The notes under the pieces: model-generated
The model's input: the letters and a program-made list of their open reading frames with translations, nothing else
Told to the model about the DNA's origin: nothing
Databases searched by the model: none
Shown: positions 53,969 through 64,000 of the stretch, piece after piece
Layout of the letters: every line of letters begins with the position of its first letter
Position numbering within the stretch: the stretch's first letter is position 1
Origin: Chiloscyllium plagiosum
Lineage: Eukaryota
Assembly: GCF_004010195.1 (NCBI RefSeq)
Contig: NC_057726.1
Coordinates: 28,240,932-28,304,931, forward strand
Reading direction: 5' to 3'
DNA: 64,000 nucleotides
Made by a program: the position numbers and the translations under genes

Positions 53969-55011
53969 AAACTTGTCAGAAGTCTAACTTTTAAAATGTG
54001 TCAGTTTTGTTTCTATTTCTTCATGCAAATCACAATCAATAGATTTATTATAGTAGCAAAATTAAAATGCTGTGCCCCACTTATTTGCATGTCATCCAGA
54101 TTTGAGAGACTAAGGGCTGCAGCCACATTAATCCATGAGTTTACTAGAAAGCAAGAGTGTGTGGACAGACTGGGACCAATTCTGATTCTCAGCTGAACCA
54201 TTTGCCAAAACTTGGTATCTAAGTCATTCAAATGACAAAATACCATTCATGAGGAAACAATTAGTCTGGCATCCAAACAATTGTACATCAGGTGAAGTCA
54301 GCATTATGTGAGAATAAAATTTGGACGTTAAATGAAAATTCATATTTCACACAAAATGAGGCAATGTAAAATTGAGCTAGAATAAAAATAAACTGTCAAT
54401 AACTTTATCTGAAGCCACCAGGTTACACATGTGGCAACAGAAGATTGAAAATAAATATCTTTTTCGATAAACTCTTTCATCTTATACCAGAATACTCTAA
54501 GGCACTTTTCAGCAATGGCTAATCAGTTGGATTCGGTAGCATGAACAGAACTAATAAATCAAAATCAGTAGTTTGGTTTGGAAAACTTTAAGATTAACAA
54601 TGGGCTGTCGCTTGTATCTGACACCGGGCTGAAGATTTATGAAACTCAGCCAAGTGTACAAGTGAACCGAATAAATTACACTCACATATAACTCCAGTAG
54701 TTAGAAAATCGTCACCTGTTTCATGGATCGTCAGAAAAGTACATGTTTCTCAAATCCTTTTCTTTTTGATTTTTTTACTGGCTTGCTCACGTTGCCTTAA
54801 TGTTAACGGTCACGTGTTTAGTAAGAAATTGCTACATTGAATGTTTCGGAACGTTCACAATTATGACGTAGCAAGATTCTAAACGAGAGATTGCAAAGGA
54901 CAGGAAGAGACTGAGCTCAGTCAGTGCACCCAGGACCTGAGAACATACACAAACAAAACTGCCGGTTTTTGTTACCCTATCCACAAAAGCCCTTAGACAT
55001 GGCTCACTGAC

Positions 55012-55080
55012 CTGGAGCGGCGCGTTCTTTAAAAAAGCCCCGGCATCCGCGACAACATGCTCCACTGTAGAGACCGCCAT
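55012..55080 (-). CDS. NOB1: NOB1 (PIN-domain 18S rRNA site-3 endonuclease) exon 1
   Basis: gaagATGGCG start. MAVSTVEHVVADAGAFLKNAPLQ contains the PIN first Asp motif. Donor CAG|GTCAGT, 69 nt. Confidence 0.93.
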
Positions 55081-56809
55081 CTTCCCTTCTAGCACTACCC
55101 AATCAACAGCAGCATTACTCAAACTATACTCTTGAATAAACTATTTGTTCATTGGTCAAAACAATAAGTCTAGGCAACCCAATAATTAAACATTGTCGTG
55201 TAGCTGTTTGTATTGGTGTTTGTTTTAAATGGACAAAAGTGGGGGTGTGGAATGAAATGTAACAAAAGAACGTAAACAGTATCCAAAAAGATTTATAAAT
55301 GGTTTTGGTGTCCAGGAAGTTTAATTGAAGACACAAAATATTGCTTAATGGATCAGAATTATAAATATATTTTGACAGCACATTTATTTATTTAAATCGG
55401 CATTAAATTCAGACCAAAAAGTTATTTTTCAACTCTTGGAAAACGCATTTGTGATTAGTGTAATAAAAACAGAAAAAAAGAAAAACAAACTCAAATCTGG
55501 CAGCATCTGCGCAGAAAATTAAAATTTTAAGTCGAGTTTCTTTCATTGGAATGGGGTAAAAATTGAGATGCAATAGTAAATACGAGAAAAGGAGACGATG
55601 GGAAAAAAGTACAAAGGCACATTCTGTGATCGTGGAAGGCAGGAGAGATTAAATGACAAAAGATTTCACGGTGCAAGGACAGTTAAGGAGGAGTAATGCT
55701 AATACTAAATTTTAAAAAAAAACAAGTGAATCAGTGCTTCCGGTGGAGAAAAGTGTTGGTGTATTAATAATTAAAAAGAATGGGTATCGCATCTGCTGCC
55801 AAAAAGAGCTATAGGAATGGGAGACGGTGTTGAGAGTGACTGAAGAATCTATCACTCTATTGCACAAGAAATGATTCCTTTGCAATGTTTAAAGTGAAGC
55901 AAAATATTCGTTTCCTGGTGGCACCTGGCATTTCGGACATCTCCTTGGTTGCCCACAATGTATTACGTTTCTAACTGTTTTCAGTTCTGATAGAAGATCA
56001 TCGGTCAGAAACGATATCTCTGCTTCCCTGTCCTTACCTCACTGAACACCCTTTCCGGTACCGGCCCAATTCTACAATGATCCTTAAATTAAACGAAAAC
56101 AAAATTCAGCGGATGCTGCAATTCTAAACTACAAAAGAAATTGCTGGAAAAAAACTCAGCAGATCAGGTAGCATAGAATAATAAAATCCCTACAGCTTGG
56201 AAACAGGCTCTTCGACCCAACAAGTTGAGGTTTGGAGCTGGGGTGGGTTGGGGAGGCTGGTGGGGTCCGCATTGGTGCCCTGGGGTTGGGGTGTTCTTCC
56301 TCCGGGCGTCGGGTGGTGGGGGAGCGGCGGTGGAGGAGACCCAGGACATATGCTACTTTCTGCCCACCCCCACCTTCTTCTTATTTATCTCTCCAACCTT
56401 CAGGCACTCTGCCTGTAGTCCTGATGGGGAGCTTTTGCCCGAAACGTCGATTTTCCTACTCCTCGGATGCTGCCTGAACTGCTGTGCTTTTCCAGCACCA
56501 CTCTAATCCAACAAGTTCATACCGACCCTCCGAAGAGACCTTCCCAGACCCATTCCCTCTACCCGATCTTCCAAGTATCTTGGAGAGGGAACAGGTTAAC
56601 TTGAAGTTCTGAAAAAGGGTAATTCCGGACTGTAAGCTCTGTTTCTCTTTTTTACAGATGCTACCAGAACTACTGATCTTCCCCAGTACTTTCTGCTTTT
56701 ATTCGCCTTCTTTTATTTGGGGATGGGGTGCAAAGGTTGTTTCCTCGAACAGTTCTAAGGGTTCTGTCACAGTCTGCAGTTTCCGAGCACTCCTCCCTCC
56801 CATGCAGAG

Positions 56810-57015
56810 GGGGCGCTGTAACTGGAGGACCGCTGTGACGGTTCGCAGGCGGACGCTTTGAGTGACGCCATCAGCCTGCGCTGTGGTGTTTGTCGCTGTA
56901 AAGTTTTTTTGCTGTTGAGTTTCTAATTTTCAGGTGAAAGGAAATATAAGACTCGTCGGAAAGGGAAAAGCCCATGAATTCGCGGAAGTTGCTGGAATCA
57001 GGATGAAATTTGCAG
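56810..57015 (+). promoter_or_regulatory. CpG-rich promoter or putative non-coding first exon divergent from NOB1 (possibly WWP2 by synteny)
   Basis: Local CpG cluster, TGACGCCA (CRE-like), CGGAAGT (ETS) and a candidate donor GCAG|GTAAAA at 57015/57016. NOB1 is head-to-head with WWP2 in human. No WWP2 coding sequence is in the window. Confidence 0.35.
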
Positions 57016-57434
57016 GTAAAAGAAAGAGTAGCTAAAGAATGGGATCTTCCAGCCTGTTTTGCTGAAGTTTAGAAACCTGTGGGAAGAATCCAGTTTCCTG
57101 CTGGGCCTGACAGTGGTTTTACTTTTAAATTTGAGAAATGCTGCTTTTCTTTAGTTAAGGTTAGGGGATAGTGGTTGATCATTCTTTCAGTATACTGCAT
57201 AAAGAAACTGGCTTGAGTGTTGTGATTTTTCTCTAAATGATGCTGACATCATTTAAAGGAGGTCCCCCAAGATGATCTCCTGATTACATTGTTTCTGGGC
57301 AAGCTGGACAGGGTAGTTTTGTATTGTAAAATCCAGGAAGGTACCATGCTTGATTTCTAATTTGTGCAAAACTGAATTGTTTGTAAGAGAGCACCATCAT
57401 TGGCCTTAGAACATGCAAGAGAAAATTTAGCCTG

Positions 57435-57644
57435 ATCTGCCTTTTTGATGGGGCATGCATATTGGTGACCTATGAGGACTGAATTTGAGGAAAAGCTAAC
57501 TGACATTTACAGTGTCGCGGGCCGAAGGGCCTGTTTCCTCACTGTAAGTAATCTAATCTAATCTGCCTTTTTGATGGGGCATGCATATTGGTGACCTATG
57601 AGGACTGAATTTGAGGAAAAGCTAACTGACATTTACAGTGTCGC
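57435..57644 (+). repeat. 84-bp perfect direct duplication flanking a 42-bp SINE tail
   Basis: 57435-57518 is identical to 57561-57644. The insert is GGGCCGAAGGGCCTGTTTCC...TAATCTAATCTA. Confidence 0.9.
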
Positions 57645-57726
57645 CTAACATGTTTGGCCACTTGTACCAGAGAATGACTGAGTGAATAGTGTGCACCGTA
57701 ACTTTGTCTTCAAAAACCTGACATTT

Positions 57727-58795
57727 AGAGTCATCGAGATATATAGCATGAAAACAGACCCGTTGGTCTGACTTGTCCATTTCGTCCACATATCCTAAAT
57801 AAATTGATCACTTCCATTTCCCAGTATTTGGTCTGTATCCCTCTAAACCCTTCCTATTCATATCACCTAACGAGATGCCTTTGTAAGAATTGAGCTGCAG
57901 AGAAAGTGTGAAGAATGGTACAATTGCAACATTTAAAAGGCATCTGGATGGGTATATGAATAGGAAGGGTTTACAGGGATATGGGTCAAGTGCTGACAAA
58001 TGGGACTAGATTAGATTAGGAAACCTGGTTGGCATGACATTGAGTCTAAATGTTGTAATTGTACCACCCTCCACCACCTCCTCTGGAAGCTCAGTGCATA
58101 CATACACCACCCTCTGTGTGAAAAAGTTGCCCTTGGGTCCATTTTAAATATTTCTCCTCTCAACTTTAAACCTATGACCTTTAGTTTTAGAGTTCCTCAT
58201 GCCAGGGGCAATACCTTGTCCATGCCCCTCATGATTTTATAAACCTCAATAAGGTCAGTTCTCAGCTTCTGACGCTCGAGGGAAGATAGTCTATTGAGCC
58301 TCTCCCTAAAGCCAAACCCCCCAACCCTGGCAACATCGTTGTAAATCTTTTCTGAACCCTTTCAAATTTCACAACATTATTCCTAAAGCAAGGAGACCAG
58401 GATTACATGCAGTATTCCAGTAGTGGCCTAACCAATGACCTCCCAAATCCCATACTCAGTGCACTGAGCAATAAAGGCAAGCATACCAAACACCACCTTC
58501 ACTATCCTATCCACTCCACTTACAAGGAACTCTGAACCCTCATTTCAAGGTCTTTGTTCAGCAATGCTCCCCAGGGCTTTCCCACTTAGTGTATAAAGTC
58601 TTGCCCTGATATGCCTTTCCAAAATGCAGCACCTCACATTTATCTAAATTAAACTTCATCTGCCACTCAGCCTATTGGCCCATCTGAACAAGGTCCTGTT
58701 GTGCTCTCAGGTAACCTTCTTCATTGTCCACTATACCTCCAATTTTGGTGTAATCTGCAAGCTTACTAACCATAACTCCTATTTTCTTATCCCAA
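57727..58795 (-). mobile_element. CR1/HER1 LINE fragment with an internal inverted segment
   Basis: Minus-strand CR1 3' end, with about 57916-58035 in plus orientation. Confidence 0.8.
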
Positions 58796-59584
58796 TTATT
58801 TGTAGGACAAGAATGAACAATGTGTCATATAATTTTGAAGTGGAATAATTGGAAAGTATAATTTAGAAAGCAACAACCATTTGTCTTGATTTTATCACGT
58901 ACAAGTTAGCACATTCAGATCTCTTAGGGCACGATAAAGTTCCAGAGCAATGGCTTTTTATCCTCCTCATCCGTTTATTTCTGCAATGTGTCAGGGTATC
59001 CTTGGTTATCTTCTGATTTTTCATCTACATGCTGCATCTTGATGGCTTCATCTGAAAATGTGCTTTAGTTTTCATATAAATGTTAACAATACTGAGCACT
59101 TAATCCATTTGCTCTGTTGGATTTGACACATTGCTTTTCCAATATCCATTTTAAATATTGAGAAGACCAATGTCATTATGTTTGGTACCTTGCACCAACT
59201 TCATCCCCTCTTGATTGTTAATATCTTATCATTCACAACCCTTTGGTTATATTTTAAACTTCAAGATGAGTTTCTGACCATGTATATGTTTCATCAAAAA
59301 GATTACGTACTTTTGTCTTTGTAACATCACCCATTTCCATCTCTGCTTCAGTTAATCTACTGTTTAGATATTCATCCTTACCTTTGTTACTGCTAGAGTT
59401 GTTTATTCAAATTGTCTCCTAGCTAACAGCCCTTGTTCCAACCTCAGCAAAACTCTGCAACTTATTTCCTAATACTGTTTTATGTTTTCACATCCATACA
59501 GTAACATTTAATTTTTAAACTCTAATCCTTGTTTTAATTATCATTGCAACCCCCACCCCCATTCTTATTTGTCAGCTGTGGATT

Positions 59585-60010
59585 ATCTGGTAGTGGACTC
59601 ATCTCTGAATCACAATGTTCTGGGCTAAAGTGCCATTCCAGTGCTTGAGCATGAAAACCTATGCTAACACTCCACTGCAGTACTGAGAGAACAATGCACA
59701 GTTGGAGATGCTGACTTTCAGATGAGATGTTAAACCAAGTCCCCCATTTGCTTTTTGTGTGAATGTGAAAGATCCCATGAACCTATTTCAAAGACATGGA
59801 GAGTTTTTCCTTTGTCCTGGTTAATATTTATCTCTGTCAAATTAGTGAAAAGCAGGTTATCAGGTGATTATCAAATTGGTGTCTGTAGGAGTTTGCTGAT
59901 TGCATACTGACTGTCATGTTTCCTACATTAAAACCATGTTTACACTTCAGTAAAGTACTTAATTGTCTGTCAAGTGCTTTGAAGATGCCGTACAAATGCA
60001 AATCTTTCAT
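59585..60010 (+). mobile_element. SacSINE1/DeuSINE-like element (another degraded copy at about 14700-15050, minus strand)
   Basis: Deu-domain-like GATGAGATGTTAAACCAAG...AAAGATCCCATG...CTATTTC...TGTCCTGGTTAATATTTAT. Confidence 0.6.
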
Positions 60011-60103
60011 TTCCATCCTGATAATTTCTACCAATCCTCTTAAGATCTTTTGCACATCCCTGAATTTAATTGCTCCAGCACTGATGGCCTATGCTTTCAG
60101 CTG

Positions 60104-61609
60104 GATTAGTGGTGCTGGAAGAGCACAGCAATTCAGGCAGCATCCGAGGACAGGCAAAATCGATGTTTCGGGCAAAAGCCCTTCATTAGGAATAAAGGCA
60201 GAGAGCCTGAAGCGTGGAGAGATAAGGTAGAGGAGGGNNNNNNNNNNNNNNNNNNNNNNNNNNNNNNNNNNNNNNNNNNNNNNNNNNNNNNNNNNNNNNN
60301 NNNNNNNNNNNNNNNNNNNNNNNNNNNNNNNNNNNNNNNNNNNNNNNNNNNNNNNNNNNNNNNNNNNNNNNNNNNNNNNNNNNNNNNNNNNNNNNNNNNN
60401 NNNNNNNNNNNNNNNNNNNNNNNNNNNNNNNNNNNNNNNNNNNNNNNNNNNNNNNNNNNNNNNNNNNNNNNNNNNNNNNNNNNNNNNNNNNNNNNNNNNN
60501 NNNNNNNNNNNNNNNNNNNNNNNNNNNNNNNNNNNNNNNNNNNNNNNNNNNNNNNNNNNNNNNNNNNNNNNNNNNNNNNNNNNNNNNNNNNNNNNNNNNN
60601 NNNNNNNNNNNNNNNNNNNNNNNNNNNNNNNNNNNNNNNNNNNNNNNNNNNNNNNNNNNNNNNNNNNNNNNNNNNNNNNNNNNNNNNNNNNNNNNNNNNN
60701 NNNNNNNNNNNNNNNNNNNNNNNNNNNNNNNNNNNNNNNNNNNNNNNNNNNNNNNNNNNNNNNNNNNNNNNNNNNNNNNNNNNNNNNNNNNNNNNNNNNN
60801 NNNNNNNNNNNNNNNNNNNNNNNNNNNNNNNNNNNNNNNNNNNNNNNNNNNNNNNNNNNNNNNNNNNNNNNNNNNNNNNNNNNNNNNNNNNNNNNNNNNN
60901 NNNNNNNNNNNNNNNNNNNNNNNNNNNNNNNNNNNNNNNNNNNNNNNNNNNNNNNNNATCCCAAAGCGTCCTTCCACATCGGTCAGCAATTTACCTGTAC
61001 CTCCACTAATGTCATTGACTGTATCCATTGCACCAATTGTGCTCTCCTATACATCGGAAGGCCGGACACCAACTTGCAGATTGTTTCAGAGAACATCTCT
61101 GGGATACCTGCACCAAACAGCCCCGTAGCTGAACACTTCAGCTCCCCCTCCCAATCTGCCGAGGACATACAGGTCCTGGGCCTCCTCCGTCGCAAAACCA
61201 TTACCACCCAACGCCTGGAAGAACAGTGACTCATATTCCGTCCTGGCACCATGTAACCACACAGGATTAACGTGGATTTCACTGGTTTCCTCATTTCCCC
61301 TCGCCCCATCATATCCCAGTCTAAAGCCTCCAACTCGGCACCACCATCTTGAACTGTTCATTGCCTTTCCCACCTATCCGCTCTATCCTCCTGTCGGACC
61401 TATCACCATTACCTCCACCTCCATCTGCCACTTATCCTCCCCTAGCTTATCTCTCCATGCTTCAGGCTCTCTGCCTTTATTCCTGATGAAGGGCTTTTGC
61501 CCGAAACATCGATTTTGCCTGTCCTCGGATGCTGCCTGAATTGCTGTGCTCTTCCAGCACCACTAATCCAGAATCTGGTTTCCAGCATCTGCAGTCATTG
61601 TTTTTACCT
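60104..61609 (+). mobile_element. Penelope-like element with inverted 5' pseudo-LTR and degenerate GIY-YIG (gap inside)
   Basis: FTCTSTNVIDCIHCTNCALLYIG fragment at about 60990-61060, inverted terminal repeats, and direct repeat CTATGCTTTCAGCTG at 60089-60103 and 61610-61624. Confidence 0.85.
60238..60957. other. Assembly gap (also 9215-9314 and 18879-18991)
   Basis: Runs of N, all three inside Penelope-like elements. Confidence 0.99.
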
Positions 61610-62111
61610 CTATGCTTTCAGCTGCCCAGGCCTTGGACTCTGGAATGTTAATTCTTGATCAGTAGGGTTAAGGAAAGTGGGCGTAAGAACAGTTGGATCA
61701 GTCATGATCCTATAGTGTTTCAGTGTAGGCTTGAGGTGTCAAACAGCCTACTTCTGTTTGTATTTCTTATGGTCTCATGGTAACCATATAACCATTGTCA
61801 ATTGTTGTCGAACTCATCTGGTTCACGAATGACCACCCACAAATGGGAGGAAGTTTGCTGTCCTTACCTTGTCTGGTCTAGATGTAATTCCTGACCCAAA
61901 AAAATGTGCTTGACTTCTAAGTGCCCTTTGAAGTGGCACAATTAGGGCTGAGCAACAAATGCCAGCGATGCCTATATTCCATGGAAGAAAAAAACTCCTT
62001 CTTCTCTCTCCCTCTTTTAAATGCTTTAAGATACTCCTGTTAACCTACTCTTCATCTGTTCTTAAATCTCTTATGTGACTGTGTTAGGTTCTTCTACTCT
62101 TCTTACATACT

Positions 62112-62484
62112 TGATGCAACTACAACACACCAACCTCTGAACAAGCAACCAAATTTATTAAGCACAGTACAGCACAAGCTTTCTGGAGGAACCTTTAACA
62201 CACACCTTGCAGAGCTACGGGGTTGTGGCAAAAGCTGTCCCTAAACAAAGGAACCAGTCTTTATACAAAACTCTCAACATCACAGTTAGGACTGCCCACA
62301 AGGCACCCCTCAGAAACAGTGTAATACAAATCATCCCTTAATGGTCAAATCTGTTGCATATTGTTTTTTCTAACTATAGGGGAGTAGTCAAATTCCAACT
62401 GTATATTGTTGTTATTGATTTCTGGATGAAAATGGCCATGTAAACTTCCCACATTCCGCCTGTAAGACGAAGACAAACCACTTT

Positions 62485-62518
<34 letters not shown>

Positions 62519-62582
62519 GGCATTCAATTTCTTGCAGATCCACAGAGCAATTTAACTCTTTAATATCTCATTCCCTTCTTTT
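62112..62582 (-). mobile_element. ERV polypurine tract and 3' LTR (about 459 bp, 62570-62112)
   Basis: On the minus strand: AAAAGAAGGGAA|TGAGAT start, TATAAA near 62260-62265, AATAAA near 62154-62159, and a ...TGCATCA end. Confidence 0.75.
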
Positions 62583-62601
62583 ATCATTCCATGATAACCA
62601 C

Positions 62602-62793
62602 CTAGTAGATGTGGGATGAGAAAGGCACTACCAATTTGTTCATAAGAATCTTATAGCCAGTACTTAAGCATGTTATTGACATAACAAAAATTACTAGTCC
62701 ACGCAGTAGATAGGATCCTCCTATGTGGGAAAAAAAGTTCACCAGTGAAGTTCTTAAATCCACCGTCCATAGTGACCACTCCATCCCCTCCAA
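62602..62793 (-). mobile_element. Probable env TM membrane-anchor and cytoplasmic-tail remnant of the ERV
   Basis: ...NFFSHIGGSYLLRGLVIFVMSITCLSTGYKILMNKLV...: a hydrophobic span ending just upstream of the polypurine tract. Based on position and composition only. Confidence 0.5.
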
Positions 62794-62923
62794 GTTGAGT
62801 AGAAACGAGCCAGTTATCCAAGATCTCCTTCAGGAAAGTCCAACTTGAAAATAAAGTTCAGTCGGCCCTTGCACACCACTCCACAGAGAAATCCGAATTC
62901 TTGGATAACGGAAGTTAAAGACT

Positions 62924-63246
62924 TCACAAAACTGACGAGACATTCATCCTTGCGGAGACTCTTCAGATCGAGGATACCAGCGCATCTGGCCATGTAGTGC
63001 AGCGGCTGCAGTAGCAGCAGGCTAGGTGAACGCAGCATTCTTTGCTGCTTCTGCTCCCACTCTGCTGTTAAGTGTAACAGCCAACTGGCTGTTGTGATGT
63101 TAGCTTGATCAGGAAGCCTTCATATTCCTTTAAATATCGAAAAGAAGGTAAAGCTGACGTGGTTTAATGTCCGTAGGAAGGCCACTGACAAAAAACAAAC
63201 AGACCTCCTCTTCACCGTTGTTAGCTTCTTCACTTTTCTTGCACAT
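62924..63246 (-). pseudogene. RBPMS2: Intronless, internally deleted RBPMS2-like cDNA copy embedded in the ERV
   Basis: With two frameshift corrections: MCKKSEEANNGEEEVCLFFVSGLPTDIKPRQLYLLF / KEYEGFLIKLTSQQPVG / VTLNSRVGAEAAKNA-AFT*PAATAAAALHGQMRWYPRSEESPQG*MSRQFC. Matches the RBPMS/RBPMS2 RRM and C-terminus from memory. The poly-Ala LHxQMRWYP tail favours RBPMS2 over RBPMS. Confidence 0.9.
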
Positions 63247-63279
63247 GACTGGGGAGCTGATTGAATCCATCGGATCAGG

Positions 63280-64000
63280 TTGTGGAGGGGTGGGCGGTGG
63301 TCCGAAGGCGTCCTTTACCTGTGAATGGAGAAACTCTTGAGACGATGCTAGCTGATGAAAGTATCTTTGGATTTCCTCTTCCATAATATTTAAGTCTACA
63401 TGGGTGGGTGGGTCTGCGTTTGCATCCCAAGGGGTCCTACTGGGTCAGCCATAAATTATTTTGGCTGCCAATAGCCCAGTGGTTGAGTGTGGAGTAATCT
63501 TCATGTGATACAGGGCTAAAGGCAAGACATTCAACCAGTTGAGGCCTGTTTCAGACATTAACTTAGTTAGTTTGGTTTTAAGAGTCCTGTTTGCTCTTTC
63601 CATATTCCTGCTGCCAGAGGGTGGTAAGCGCAATGGAATTGCTGCTGGATATGCAGCGTCTCACGTAGCTCTTTGTTGATTTTCCCTACAAAATGGGGGC
63701 CATTGTCTGAACTAAGCTGCCGAGGCACACCATACCTCAGTATGATCGCTGTCAGGAGTAATTTTACCACCGTTGAGACTTTATTATTAGTGATCAGAAA
63801 AGCTTCGATCCATCTACTAGATAAGTCAATAATAACAAGGCAATACAATGTATGCGTGGCAGTTCAATGAAATCAAGCTGGATACAATCGAATGCACCAC
63901 CTGACAAGGGTGTTCTCCCTGTTACGCACTGCATCCCTTGACTGGTAATGTTTTGCTGACATATTAAACATCATTTGACACGCTTTTGGGCTGCTTCAGC
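63280..64000 (-). mobile_element. ERV pol integrase (gamma/epsilon-like class I), degenerate and truncated by the window edge
   Basis: CLICQQ zinc finger, IQLDFIELP, YCLVIIDLSSRWIEAF, RYGVPRQLSSDNGPHF, HCAYHP, ERANRTLKTKLTK, WLNVLPLAL, TPHSTTGL, IIYG*PSRTPW. DDE integrase core with frameshifts and a TGA that is probably a decayed CGA. Confidence 0.93.

Noticed and set aside
60089-61028. Long ORFs of 296 and 280 aa
   Set aside because: Artefacts of translating through the N gap.
62924-63246. Functional RBPMS2 gene
   Set aside because: Two frameshifts, two premature stops, a large internal deletion, no introns, and it is embedded in an ERV.

Overview
Vertebrate nuclear DNA, very likely a cartilaginous fish. 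The HE1-type SINEs, HER1/CR1 LINE tails and SacSINE1-like elements point to a shark; this is inferred from repeat families. Two intact housekeeping genes lie tail-to-tail: COG8 (+, 4 coding exons, 26605-35200, 610 aa) and NOB1 (-, 9 coding exons, 55080-38602, 437 aa). A divergent CpG-rich putative non-coding first exon near 56.8-57.0 kb could be WWP2, on synteny only. Most of the rest is transposable-element debris: CR1 LINEs, SINEs, Penelope-like elements carrying hammerhead ribozyme cores, Harbinger remnants, a solo LTR and two endogenous retrovirus (ERV) relics. The most striking signal is at the right end (62.1-64.0 kb, - strand). There an ERV reads integrase, then a spliced, internally deleted RBPMS2-like host cDNA in frame with the integrase tail, then an env-TM-like remnant, a polypurine tract and a 3' LTR. 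This looks like retroviral transduction of a host RNA-binding-protein mRNA. All identifications come from reading the sequence and recalling protein families; no database searches were run.
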